Shown here one piece after another: positions 53,452 through 64,000 of a DNA stretch of 64,000 nucleotides (positions are counted from its first letter, which is position 1; every line of letters starts with the position of its first letter). Both the position numbers and the translations under genes were made by a program. Below the pieces are notes generated by a model, which was given only the letters and a program-made list of their open reading frames with translations, searched no databases and was not told the origin of the DNA. The DNA comes from the human T2T-CHM13v2.0 reference genome, Homo sapiens, in NCBI RefSeq assembly GCF_009914755.1, contig NC_060940.1. One strand, 5' to 3'.

Positions 53452-54018
53452 GTCATTTAGCGTTAGGTATATCTCCTAATGCTATCCCTCCCCCCTCCCC
53501 CCTCCCCCCACCCCACAACAGTCCCCGGTGTGTGGTGTTCCCCTTCCTGTGTCCGTGTGTTCTCATTGTTCAATTCCCACCTATGAGTGAGAACATGTGG
53601 TGTTTGGTTTTTTGTCCTTGCGATAGTTTGCTGAGAATGATAGTTTCCAGCTTCATCCATGTCCCTACAAAGGACATGAACTCATCATTTTTTATGGCTG
53701 CATAGTATTCAATGGTGTATATGTGCCACATTTTCTTAATCCAGTCTATTATTGTTGGACATTTGGGTTGGTTCCAAGTCTTTGCTATTGTGAATAGTGC
53801 CGCAATAAACATACATGTGCATGTGTCTTTATAGCAGCATGATTTATAATCCTTTGGGTATATACCCAGTAATGGGATGGCTGGGTCAAATGGTATTTCT
53901 AGTTCTAGATCCCTGAGGCAGCACACCAACATGGCACATGTACACATATGTAACAAACCTGCACGTTGTGCACATGTACCCTAAAACTTAAAGTATAATA
54001 ATAATAATAATAATAATA
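53452..54018 (+). mobile_element. 5'-truncated, 5'-inverted (twin-primed) L1PA (L1PA3-5-like)
   Basis: Antisense ORF2 C-terminus/3'UTR at 53452-53918 (ORF track: EIPFDPAIPLLGIYPK...MFSLIGGN), then sense 3' end 53919-53997 plus (AAT)n tail; 18-bp TSD aaaacatcatacaacctc / aaaacattatacagcctc. Confidence 0.95.
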
Positions 54019-55499
54019 AAAACATTATACAGCCTCAGTACTTTTTTTGGTGTTAAATAATGTCACATTTTGCATCTCAAAAGGCTATATCTATGTTGAA
54101 CCATGCCAAACCCAGTATTTAAGTTTTTCTCCCAGTATTTCAATATAATCAGTTAGGTCTGTGCCTGCATGCGCCTGCTACAATATTCCACGTGGCTGCC
54201 AATACACGTCCAAAGAAGAACGCTCATAACTCTAACAGAAATTGACATATACATAATGAAAACATAATTTTCCCCCAAAGTTACAGAATGACCAGCTATA
54301 CATCTTTGTAGAACCTGCTATCTGCCTAAATCACCTACATGCAAGTAGGTCAAGATTTTCATTTTCTCCAGGAACTTGGGTGAGGCGTAAAGTTCTGGTA
54401 TCTAAGAGCCCCGTGAAGTGATCTCCCTAGAAAAAGAGACATTGCTACAATGATAAATGCAAATTTAAGTCTGTGAGACAGAAAACAATTTAAGGGTTTG
54501 AAATGGCAATTTTCATGTTTCAAAAATCTTAGAGACACTGTCATATCCAGGGCCCTCTGTGATGAGTGCCACTGCTAGGACATCACAGAATTGCTGAGAT
54601 TGAGAGAATCTAAATGGCTCATCCCATCTATCAATCCATGACAGAACAGAGTAAGATCCTCATCGGTGACAAAAAAAGCCCCCTGCAAGGAATGCTGTAG
54701 AGTAGCCCTGTCTCTCTACACCTCTCTCCTTCCCCACCATCTTGCATCCATGTCTCTGTGTGCACCTGCTGTCCCTCTCTAAGAGGCCATTGTGATTCTT
54801 TCCCACTTCCAAAACGCCTACCCATGCTATCATCGTAGCTGGTTCTCACCTCCTCTATGAAGCCCTTCTCCTCTGAAAGCTTTGCCCATGTCTGAATCTC
54901 CATTCTGCCCACAGATAAGAAATTAGTGGTTTTCAAAGTTTAGTGTGCATCCACTCTCTCCCCACTACTACTATATACACTTGATAAAAACAATCATTCA
55001 CTCTGCTCACATTTGTCAATCATTTATATTAGACCAGCAACTATTTCAGCTACTATAGAACTACAGTGATACAGCTGAGCCATTTGGATCAAGTCGCTGT
55101 GTTCATAGAGCTTACAAAAGAGTAATAAAGCAGCCATAGATTTCCCATCTGCTTCACACACAGGCATTGTAAGCATTCAATGGATACCTGCTGATTGATT
55201 TACTGATTGGCTGAATCATTAATATTTCTTTGTATTCAACAGCTATGACTTCAAGATCCTAGTTTACACCAACTAGTGTGGTACAGCCTGCAATTTCCAG
55301 GGTGAACATAAAGAAACAGTGTCCACTTTCATGGAGCTTTAAACCAAGTTACTTATGTAAAGCTTAGAGTTAAGTCATTTATTTTTCAAAAAAATAGTTT
55401 GCAGAAAGATTTCTGGGCAAATGCATCTTCTCACCAACAGTTACTAAGCATCCACATTAGTGGAACTGATTTTATTACCTCAGAGATTTTATTTAACCC

Positions 55500-55660
55500 A
55501 CACTAATGTGTGCAGTTGGTATGACTCTGCAGGTGAAGGTACTGATGTTCAGGAAAGTGAAGTGACTCGTCCAAGCTACTCAGTCAGTGAGTTAGTGGTA
55601 GACCTGGGACTCCCACATAGATGTCCTGGGTCCAAACGCCAAACATTATCCTTATCCCCA
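55500..55660 (-). mobile_element. MIR SINE
   Basis: 'gcaggtgaaggtactgatgttcaggaaagtgaagtgactcgtccaag'. Confidence 0.6.
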
Positions 55661-56639
55661 AACATCTGGGAATGCTTTTCTTGTTTTTGAAGATCAGAAT
55701 TGTGCCAGTGGCTTTTACAAAATCAGATATAATACAGATGCAGTTGAGACCCTCATGAAGATGTAAGTATTTTGGAAAAATTAATAAGGGACAAAGTAAT
55801 GTTAGAAAGCAGGAATTTTAGAATGAAAGAAAGAAAACGAAGACATTAGATTGAAGAGGTTAAGTAAATACCTTGTAAAGTCCAGAATTAGACCTCAAAT
55901 ATATCCCATCCAAAATTATCCTCATCCCATCCAAAAATTATACCTCATTTCTGATATTTACAAAGGGAGTTCTCAGTTTTTCTGTTCAAAGTACTTTTTA
56001 TCAGTTTAATCTATGTCCAAAGATTTTTTTTAATTTGATAAGGTAATTTGTCAAAGAAGAAATAGCGACTGGATTTCGTTAATTTTATTAAATAACTTGC
56101 TTACTGTTCATAAAATACTTTAAGTAATGTAGAAGGAAACTCTACAACATAATGGAGATCCTCAAATTACATCTTCATTTCACAATTATATTAAGATTAC
56201 ACTTCAGAGATCCTTATAGGCTCATGATAAAGTAACCCAAGTAGTTTGTCTTACAAACAAATGAGATCTTTCTGTCTCTGGTATTGGATAATTACTGTTC
56301 CAATAAAAGATCCAAGAGTTTGCCAAGCTTTTCCTTGACCCAATGACTACAGCATCAATAGTAAGTAATCCTTGTATCGTTACTTCAGCCGAAAAAAACA
56401 TCTAGTTATTAGTTGTGGCTTGGTTTGGTTTTTCCTTGGATTTCTAACTCATTCCTGAGCAGAAAGGGGCATTGTATTTTATGTTAGCAATATTTCTTGT
56501 TTATTCTCATAACCCCACTTAATGAAAAATAAAACTTGGTCCAGCTTCTCAGTGTCTTCTGGCTCTTTGTTGAGAACAAACAGATTTGAGACACAAATCC
56601 ATGGTAGCAGTGTGGGAAGCCATCAATATATTTTAAAGT

Positions 56640-56870
56640 CAGCGGGTATAGTGGAAGAAAATAAAAGGCTGCCAACTCAGCCTTGGGTTCTAGCCTCCTA
56701 ACTTCTTGTGAGTAAACTTTGGAAAATTATTTAACTGCACGGAGCCTTTGTTTCCTCAGCTGTGAAACAGGGTAATCCCAATAGGATCATTGGAAAGACT
56801 GAAATAAGATCAGGTATGTAAAATATTTAACATATGGTAGCATCCAATAAATATTACTTATTACTCTCTC
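56640..56870 (+). mobile_element. MIR SINE
   Basis: 'ctttggaaaattatttaact..tttcctcagctgtgaaacagggtaat'. Confidence 0.65.
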
Positions 56871-58244
56871 TAGCTTTTGGGTTTAATATTGTAACTTTCT
56901 GCTGGATTTTTAAAGAGAAACACCATATCTATGTATTTATCTGCATACTATGTATATATTCATATAGATAGAGGTGTAGATATAGCTCTAGACATACAAA
57001 CATTTATGTGTGTGTTTGCAGATTTCTATTTAAAACAGAATTTGTTAAGTCTATCTCTTTCAAATGTGTTGCACTTTAAAATCCACCTATTTCCCTCCAC
57101 TTATAACGGTTCAACTTGCATAATATTCTTCCATAACTCACATGAGCAATGCTTCCATGATTCATTGGTTGTCCTCTTTTCCACCTTCCCAAGTTTGGCA
57201 AGGTCCTTCCCATAATTAAACCACTGCTAGAGTCCTTGACATACAAAGGAAGTCAAACTTTCTCTAACAGAGCTAGCTGTGCCCAATCTCAAATCCATAT
57301 CCACTCTAGTGGAAAAAGCAGTAATTCTTCTGTATGTACTGCACTTCTGGGCACTACAGGCATAAAATAAATATCATTTACTTTCATATATCGTGTCTTC
57401 TTAGGGATGTCCTGAAAATGGACTCCTTTTGATGCTGTTCTCTTAGGGAAAGAATTCAGAGTTAGAAAATAAAATTTTTTGCTAAAGGCATCTTGGTGGA
57501 AAATGTCATGTTACATGAGAAAATTTGTCTGACTCCTCAGTTCCTGTCCACTCTCCATTGATTTATTCTTTCTTCCATTCATCTCTTTTTTCCCCTTTAT
57601 GCTCTAACTTTAAACATTTTTGGAGCTATTGTGATATGTCAAGACCTTTGAAACACAGGGCTAAATAGACTATTCATTTTTTAAAGGTTAATCACCAAAA
57701 GTCAGTTTCCAGGTGTTTAAATGTTAATTTTTAAAAGACATGAAAATAATGTATAAATTGTAAATCACTACATTTTTATGGTGCAAATGCAAAATTGTCA
57801 CTGGGGAGTGATACAATTCTGCCTTTTCTATGTATTTTGTCTTATAAATACCTTACGAGTGGTAGAAAACTCAAATGATGCTTTAAATAACTTATCTGGC
57901 TCTATGTGCTTCAATAACTTGCATGGGGAAACTTAATTCTCAAAGATTTAAGAAGATTACTTTGTACCTTTTCAATTCCAGATCAGTATGGAATCTATCA
58001 TGTGAACCTGGCTTGGACATTGCAAATATGTATAGATTTCAGTTTTAAAAGGTAGTCACAGATCAAATAACAAAAAGAAAACATTTGCAACTTAGATCAC
58101 ACAGACTCTGTAATATCCCTCATATAGAAGAACATCTTCTAAAACCAGAGGATAAAAATAACAACAATCTCATTCTGAATATTCCTTTCAAATCTTTTTC
58201 ATTTTCCTGTCCAGGTCTTCTGCTCTGTTCTCACAGAAAGGATA

Positions 58245-58475
58245 ATAGAGTAGTGGTTAGAAATTCCAGAGCTGAGCCTGGAATACTCAAGACTACTCGC
58301 TAACTCTGTCACTTAAGGCAATAAACTTTATCCTCCCAAGTCAAAGTTTGCTCATTTGTAAATGGGATGCTAACCTCACGGGGCTATTACAAAGATTCAA
58401 TAGGATAGTCAATGCAAAGTACTTAACAAAGTGGCTGATGAGAAAGACTTCTCTATAAATGGTAGCTATTATTTT
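58245..58475 (+). mobile_element. MIR SINE
   Basis: 'agagtagtggttagaaattccagagc..agtttgctcatttgtaaatggga..aaagtacttaacaaagtg'. Confidence 0.75.
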
Positions 58476-58479
58476 TTAC

Positions 58480-58900
58480 ACAGTTATAATCCTAGTGCAT
58501 TTCCCATTAAATATCCTGCTTATTTCTTTTACACCTAGTTGGATATTATACATGCTTTTGAACTTGCTACATAGCTGTCATAATTAAAATGTTTAGTTAA
58601 TTCATCTAGGCAATGGGTATGTCATCATTTAACTTATCCTGTGCTGGCTTTTTCTGATATTAAGCTCTAATTACACACACACCCCCCACAAATTAATCTC
58701 TCAATTTATGCATCTTTTTCTATATTTAGAATTGTCAAACCCAGGAAAGACTCCCAGAATGCCTATTACTAAATAGGAATATATTTACACCATTTGACAA
58801 CATGCTTCCTAGAAAAGATTTATAAAAACTTACTGCCATCAGCAATGTAAATGTGCAACCATTCCACTGCAACTTTTTTTTTTAGATGGGGCAGAAATTC

Positions 58901-58942
<42 letters not shown>

Positions 58943-59230
58943 CATACTTTAAGTTTTCCTTTGTAGGGACATGGATGAAGCTGGAAACCATCATTCTCAG
59001 GAAACTACTGCAAGGACAAAAAACCACTGCAACTTTTATGTTATCATTTTCCATTGAAATAAGAGATGCAAGATGGTACTTCATGGTTGTTCTACTTAGC
59101 ACTCTTTGTTACTCAGACTAAACCTTGTAAATGTTTATTCATGGGACGCATTTCTTTATGTATCATTATAAAATTCTTTCTTAATTATTTATAAACATTT
59201 TATATATAAATGTCATTCATCCTTTTTTGT
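58480..59230 (-). mobile_element. Degraded ancient L1M, host of the small L1PA insertion
   Basis: 'cttactgccatcagcaatgtaa' and 'gatggtacttcatggttgttctacttagcac' resemble antisense L1M ORF2. Confidence 0.5.
58874..59026 (-). mobile_element. ~150-bp L1PA insertion with inversion and 17-nt 3' transduction
   Basis: T10, unique 17 nt, (TTA)n, antisense L1 terminus 'tactttaagtttt', sense L1 'tcctttgtagggacatggatgaagctggaaaccatcattctcag..caaggacaaaaaacca'; 14-bp TSD ccactgcaactttt at 58864-58877 and 59024-59037. Confidence 0.88.
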
Positions 59231-61351
59231 TAATTACTCTCATGTACTGTTTCCCTTTTAAAACCATGGAGCGGAATTATTTCTCCTCTTATGCATTAAG
59301 GGCAGGTGCATTTTGTTGCATTCATGCCTTTGCCCATGTGGAAAATATCATACCTGGCTCTTGTTTCTCATTTTTAAGCAATCTGTCTATCATTTCTGAT
59401 CTCCTTTCTGAGCTAAAGTCTTTTCATCTGAGTTCATTCTCTTACACACTCCATCCCCCTGAAATTGCACTAAGAACCCATGATCAGATCACACCACCAC
59501 TGTAAACCCTCTACTGAGCACTATTGTTCCTCCAGGCATCTGAAATGGCTCTAACGTTCAAGTTCCTAGTGTCAATGGGGACTGTGCTACCCTCATCCTC
59601 ACTAGATGCTGAGTTTTATGTCCACCTATTATTTTCTGTTCACTGCCACCAATTCATAGAGTGCATCAATTTTCTTTCATTTTTGTTTCTCAACTCCTAC
59701 GGCAAAGTTTAGCACTATAAAATATGTGCTAAAGGATGAAGCAGCAGCTCCCTGCTGAAACTTCAGAGCAAGAAGCAGTTTTTTTTTTTTTTTAGAAAGT
59801 CAATGAGCTACCAGCTGTTTGCCTAAAAAAGATATGGCAGCATTAGCCACGCAGATATTCTGCAGTTGTTCCCTGGCCATAATGATAAAAAAATTTTTAA
59901 GACTCAACTGCATATGTCTTCCAGGAAGTGGCCACAGATACCAAGCTGTTACTAACAATGACCAGTAAGGAGACATGTTAACTTTGTAATGGATAAGCTG
60001 TGTCAAGATGCCATATTCAGGCATTGTCAAGGTCACTTTTTATTTTGTGATTCCTTCTACAATTACAGAGAGATATGTAAATGGAAGATATTGTTTTTAG
60101 AAAGGTTGCATGACATTAAAGTGTGGTTTATTCTACTGAAAAATACCAGTAAATACCACTTAGAAGAAGTGTTGCCCAGACAAAGCAAAGCAAACATTCA
60201 TTTGATCTTTCCATTTCCCCATGTCTCATTTTATAGTAACAGTATCAAAAAAAAAAAAGTATCAACAATTTGCTTGGAAAAATGTACTGGGGACAGACTT
60301 GACACCAGGGTGAATTGTAACTCCCCAAATGATGAAAATAACAAAGACAAATTGAATCATTTCTCCAGATGGCACATAGTAGGGATGGCTAATTTGCATA
60401 GAAAAGGAAATCACTCAACTTTATATATCCAATATATGAAACCTCAAGTTCCTACCACCTGGTTTATAAGCATCTCACCTAAATGGTATGTCTACTCTCT
60501 CTCCCCAGTCTCCTTCTTGAAACCTACTGCGGCTATGAAGCTTGAAGTAGATAGATGTTGGAGAAATTATGACGAAAGTGTGTTTTTCCTTCCTTTCCAA
60601 AAATATTTGAGATACCGGGATTTATCACGGAAATATCGGAACAATTAAAATACTGAGGGTGGAAGAGAGAGAAAAAGACAGAACGAGAAAGTGAATATCT
60701 GGTCACCCGAAACAGAAATCTGGGAATCATCCTTAATTTATCCCTCTCTGGCCCCTCCTTTACATCCAGTCACTTACTAAGGGCTGTGATTTCTACTTTC
60801 TAGAAAATATTTCTCCAGGGATTCCCACTCCAGATGATCTCTTCCTAGCTTTCACTGTCTGCTAACTGGTTTCCCTATCTTCTGACTCCATCTCACCTTT
60901 CAAACTCTTCACTCCAGGCACGTGAGTGATAGTTCTAAAAGGCAAATACACACATTTCTTTTATGACGTTTCTTATTTTACAAAGCAGAACTTTTGCTTT
61001 ATCATCTACGGAGAAGAAAACTTTGTTCTCATGCTGGGATGGGAGAGAGAAAGTTGCTCAGCAGAGCGGGGAAGTAATCTGGAAATCAAACTACTTCTCA
61101 GATGCGCATTCAACAGGGAGCCTGCTTCTGAAAAGCACCATCTTTACTCTCACTTCCAGAGGTACGCAGTGTTATCCTGAGCCATCTGGGGGATTCTGGG
61201 GTCTAAAATGGATTGCCTCTCAACTTTCCTCATGACCAGCTTATGATTCATTTTTCTCAGTACTACTAAGTCACTATTCTTCATCCTTTTGCTTTCCAGC
61301 TTCCAAAATTTTGTGCATGTGCTTGTTCCCTTTTTTCTTCTTATTTATGCC

Positions 61352-61865
61352 TTTTTCTTATTATTTCAATAGGTTTTTGGGTAACAGGTGGTGCTTGGTT
61401 ACATGAATAAGTTCTTTAGTGGTGATTTCTGAGATTTTGGTGTACTCATCACCTGAACAGTGTACACTGCACCCATGTGTAGTCTTTTGTTCCTCATCCA
61501 CTTCCTACCTTTTCCCCAAGTCCCTAAATTCCATTGTACCATTCTTATGCCTTTGCATCCTCATAGCTTTTCTCCCACTGATGAGTGAGAACATACAATG
61601 TTTGGTTTTACATTCCTGAGTTACTTCACTTACAATAATGGTCTCCAATTCCAACCTGGTTGCTGCGAATGCCATTATTTTCTTTATCCACTTGTTGATT
61701 GATGGGCATTTGGGCTGGTTCCATATTTTTGCAATTGTGAATTGTGCTGCTATAAACATGCATGTGCAAGTATCTTTTGCGTATAATGACTTCTTTTTCC
61801 TCTGGGTCGATACCCAGTAATGGGATTGCTGTATCAAATGGTAGTTCTTCTCCTAGTTCTTCAAG
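61352..61865 (-). mobile_element. L1PB1-like 3' fragment with internal deletion
   Basis: 'ggttacatgaataagttctttagtggtgatttctgagattttgg' L1PB 3' end; ORF2 C-terminal remnant (KDTCTCMFIAAQFTIAKIWNQPKCPS); ~50 nt missing near 61680. Confidence 0.9.
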
Positions 61866-62130
61866 GTTTTGCTCTATTGCCTGGGCTAGAGTACAGTGAT
61901 GCAATCATAGCTCACTGCAGCCTCAAACTCCTGGGCTCAAGCAATACTCCCACCTCACTGTCCCAGGCTACAAGCCTGTGAACCACATCCAGCTAATTCT
62001 TTTTTTTCCTTAGAGATGGGGTCTGGCACTTATGCTCAGGCTTGATATCAAAGTCTCGGGTTCAAGTGATCCTCCCACCTCTGTCTCCCAAATCACTGGG
62101 CTATTAAAGGCATGAGCCACTGTACCCAGC
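61866..62130 (-). mobile_element. AluJ without its own poly(A), abutting the L1PB
   Basis: 'gcaatcatagctcactgcagcctcaaactcctgggctcaagc..ggcatgagccactgtacccagc'. Confidence 0.85.
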
Positions 62131-62649
62131 TGATGCCCTTTACAGAAGCCCAATATTGTCATTTTAATGGGATTTTGAGAGGAAGAGAAAATATGTAGTA
62201 TTTGTATATTCAATCTAACATATTTACCTGGAATTTACCTGTAACTGTTTTTTTACATAAATACAATAAAATAGTCACACTCGCACATCCCCAAATACAT
62301 ATATGCAGTGTATGTGTAGAGAGGGAAAAGGAGTATTTTCAAAATATTTAGAAATTGTGTTGAGTCATGGTGTGGTACAAATATGAAGTTACTAGAAATC
62401 ACATCATTTTTTAATATGGAACTTTATAGTCCGAAAAAGTTTATGATTTCTATGCTGTTGAATCGTAGAGCACACAAGTAAAAATAAAAATAAAACATAT
62501 TAAAGGTTCACCCAGAGTGTGCCATCTGAAGTCAAACCGTGTGTTTTATCTGCAGCTCTTGTGTATTATGAAATACACAGTTTCATAAGGCATAATGTCA
62601 GAGTATTTGTAGCTATCATTTTTAATTGTCATGGAATGTTTTATTGCAT

Positions 62650-63041
62650 TGTAGCTTAGTTCATTTTGTGCTGCTATAACAGAATATCTGAGACTGAGTA
62701 ATTTATAAAGAACAGAGACTTATTTCTCATATTTCTGGAGGCTGGGAATTCCAACATTGAGGGGCCATATCTGGCTAGGGCCTTCTTACTGTATTATCCT
62801 ATGGTGGAAGGGCAAAGAGAGGGCAAGAGAGAGTAAAAAGGGCCAGAGGATGAACTCATCATTTCATCAGGAACCCATTCCCATCATGAGGAACCATTCC
62901 TGTGACCACAGCATCGATTCATTCATAGGAACAAAGTCCATATGACCTAATCGTGTCTTAAAGGTCACACTTCTCAACACTGTTGCACTGGGGATTAAGT
63001 TTTCAACTCATGAACTTTGGGTATATATTCAAACCATAGCA
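62650..63041 (-). mobile_element. MST-family LTR (MSTB/C-like)
   Basis: 'ttagttcattttgtgctgctataacagaatatctgagactgagtaatttataaagaacaga' to 'attcaaaccatagca'. Confidence 0.85.
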
Positions 63042-63209
63042 GATTGACATGCCATTATTAACTATTTCATCTCCATATTGTTTTCTTGCCATAAATAAAA
63101 CATGCAAATTATTGCACTACTGCTGCAGATTATCTATCCCTATTTTACTGTAAGTTCTACAGCATTTGGCATTATCATTTTAAGATCGTCTTATTTAGTG
63201 GTGATGCCT

Positions 63210-63446
63210 TTGTTTTATTTTTTATTTTTAAATTTTACTTTAAGTTCTGGGATACATGTGCAGAATGTGCAGTTTTGTTATATAGGTATACACACGCCAT
63301 GGTAGCTTGCTGCACCTATCAACCCATCATCTAGATTTTAAGCCCCGCATGCATTAGTACTTGTCCTAATGCTCTCCCTCCCCTTGCCCCTGATCCCCCG
63401 ACAGGCCCTGGTGTGTGATGTTTTCCTCCCTGTGTCCATGTGTTCT
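63210..63446 (-). mobile_element. L1PA8-like 3' end fragment
   Basis: 'ttttactttaagttctgggatacatgtgcagaa..ttttaagccccgcatgcattag..gctctccctccccttgcccc'. Confidence 0.9.
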
Positions 63447-64000
63447 TGTGATTTTTAAATATTTTATTTCCAGCATTTACTGCAAAATTGTGTTTTCTAT
63501 TGTGGGGGATGTTTATATCATCTATTTTTACTAATTAGTTATGAGTTTCCTAACTGAATTGGAATGAACTCTCTTTCATTAGACAGATACTCATAGTGTG
63601 TTGCAGAGCTACAGAGGATGAGATTTGACTTTTGCTTTCTTTGAGTTCACAAGCTAGTGGAGTACAAGCTTTAACAAGCCCAAGAGTAGTGGTGTTGTCA
63701 TCAGGGAAGCACCAGCTAAGGATGCCATGTGCCTGTCTGGAGAACAGCATGGAGAGGGCATTCCAGGTTGATGGAAAAGGAGAATCAAAGACAGGAGGCA
63801 TATGCTTAGAAAATACAAGAAATTAAGACACTTACTGTCTTAATTTCTGACATGTGCTGCAAGTGGCATTTCTCATCTTTTTTACTTTGAAAACTATTTA
63901 ATAATTTTTCAATGCATGTATATAATCAAATTTGCTGACTAGACTTTTGGGTTGTTTTCATTTCTTTAAAAATCATTCCAACAGGTTCTGGGTCATCACG

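Noticed and set aside
53570-53956. 128-aa ORF with clear protein similarity
   Set aside because: It is the L1 ORF2p C-terminus in a truncated, inverted L1 copy; its N-terminus comes from the inversion junction. Not a gene.
59989-60648. Longest ORF in the track (219 aa)
   Set aside because: No recognisable domain, runs through an A12 homopolymer, composition typical of translated AT-rich non-coding DNA; chance ORF.
61505-61904. ORF2-like ORFs
   Set aside because: Frameshifted, internally deleted L1PB remnant.

Overview
Primate (human-like) nuclear DNA that is AT-rich, CpG-depleted and has no CpG island, so it is intergenic or deep-intronic. I find no protein-coding gene. The supplied ORFs are chance ORFs, Alu/LTR/microsatellite read-throughs, or L1 ORF2 C-terminal remnants (53570-53956, 61505-61837). 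The window is a mosaic of interspersed repeats: about 11 Alu/FLAM pieces, 3 THE1 solo LTRs, several MLT/MST LTRs, one ERV1-type solo LTR, L1PA/L1PB/L1M pieces, L2/L3, many MIRs, and MER44/MER5/MER63/Kanga DNA transposons. Between them lie repeat-free, motif-rich stretches that look like enhancers or conserved non-coding elements. The best-supported unusual structures are retrotransposition or repair scars: (1) a ~150-bp L1 insertion combining a twin-priming inversion with a 17-nt 3' transduction (58864-59037); (2) a textbook twin-primed L1PA (53434-54036); (3) a 49-bp locally templated insertion inside an MLT2 LTR (2590-2638 copied to 3277-3325); (4) a possible AluJ-L1PB chimera (61352-62130). 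A candidate promoter near 11.6 kb and several splice-site-flanked segments may belong to lncRNA(s). I could not identify the locus and see no evidence for a new protein-based system. Subfamily calls come from remembered consensus sequences, and boundaries of old elements are approximate.
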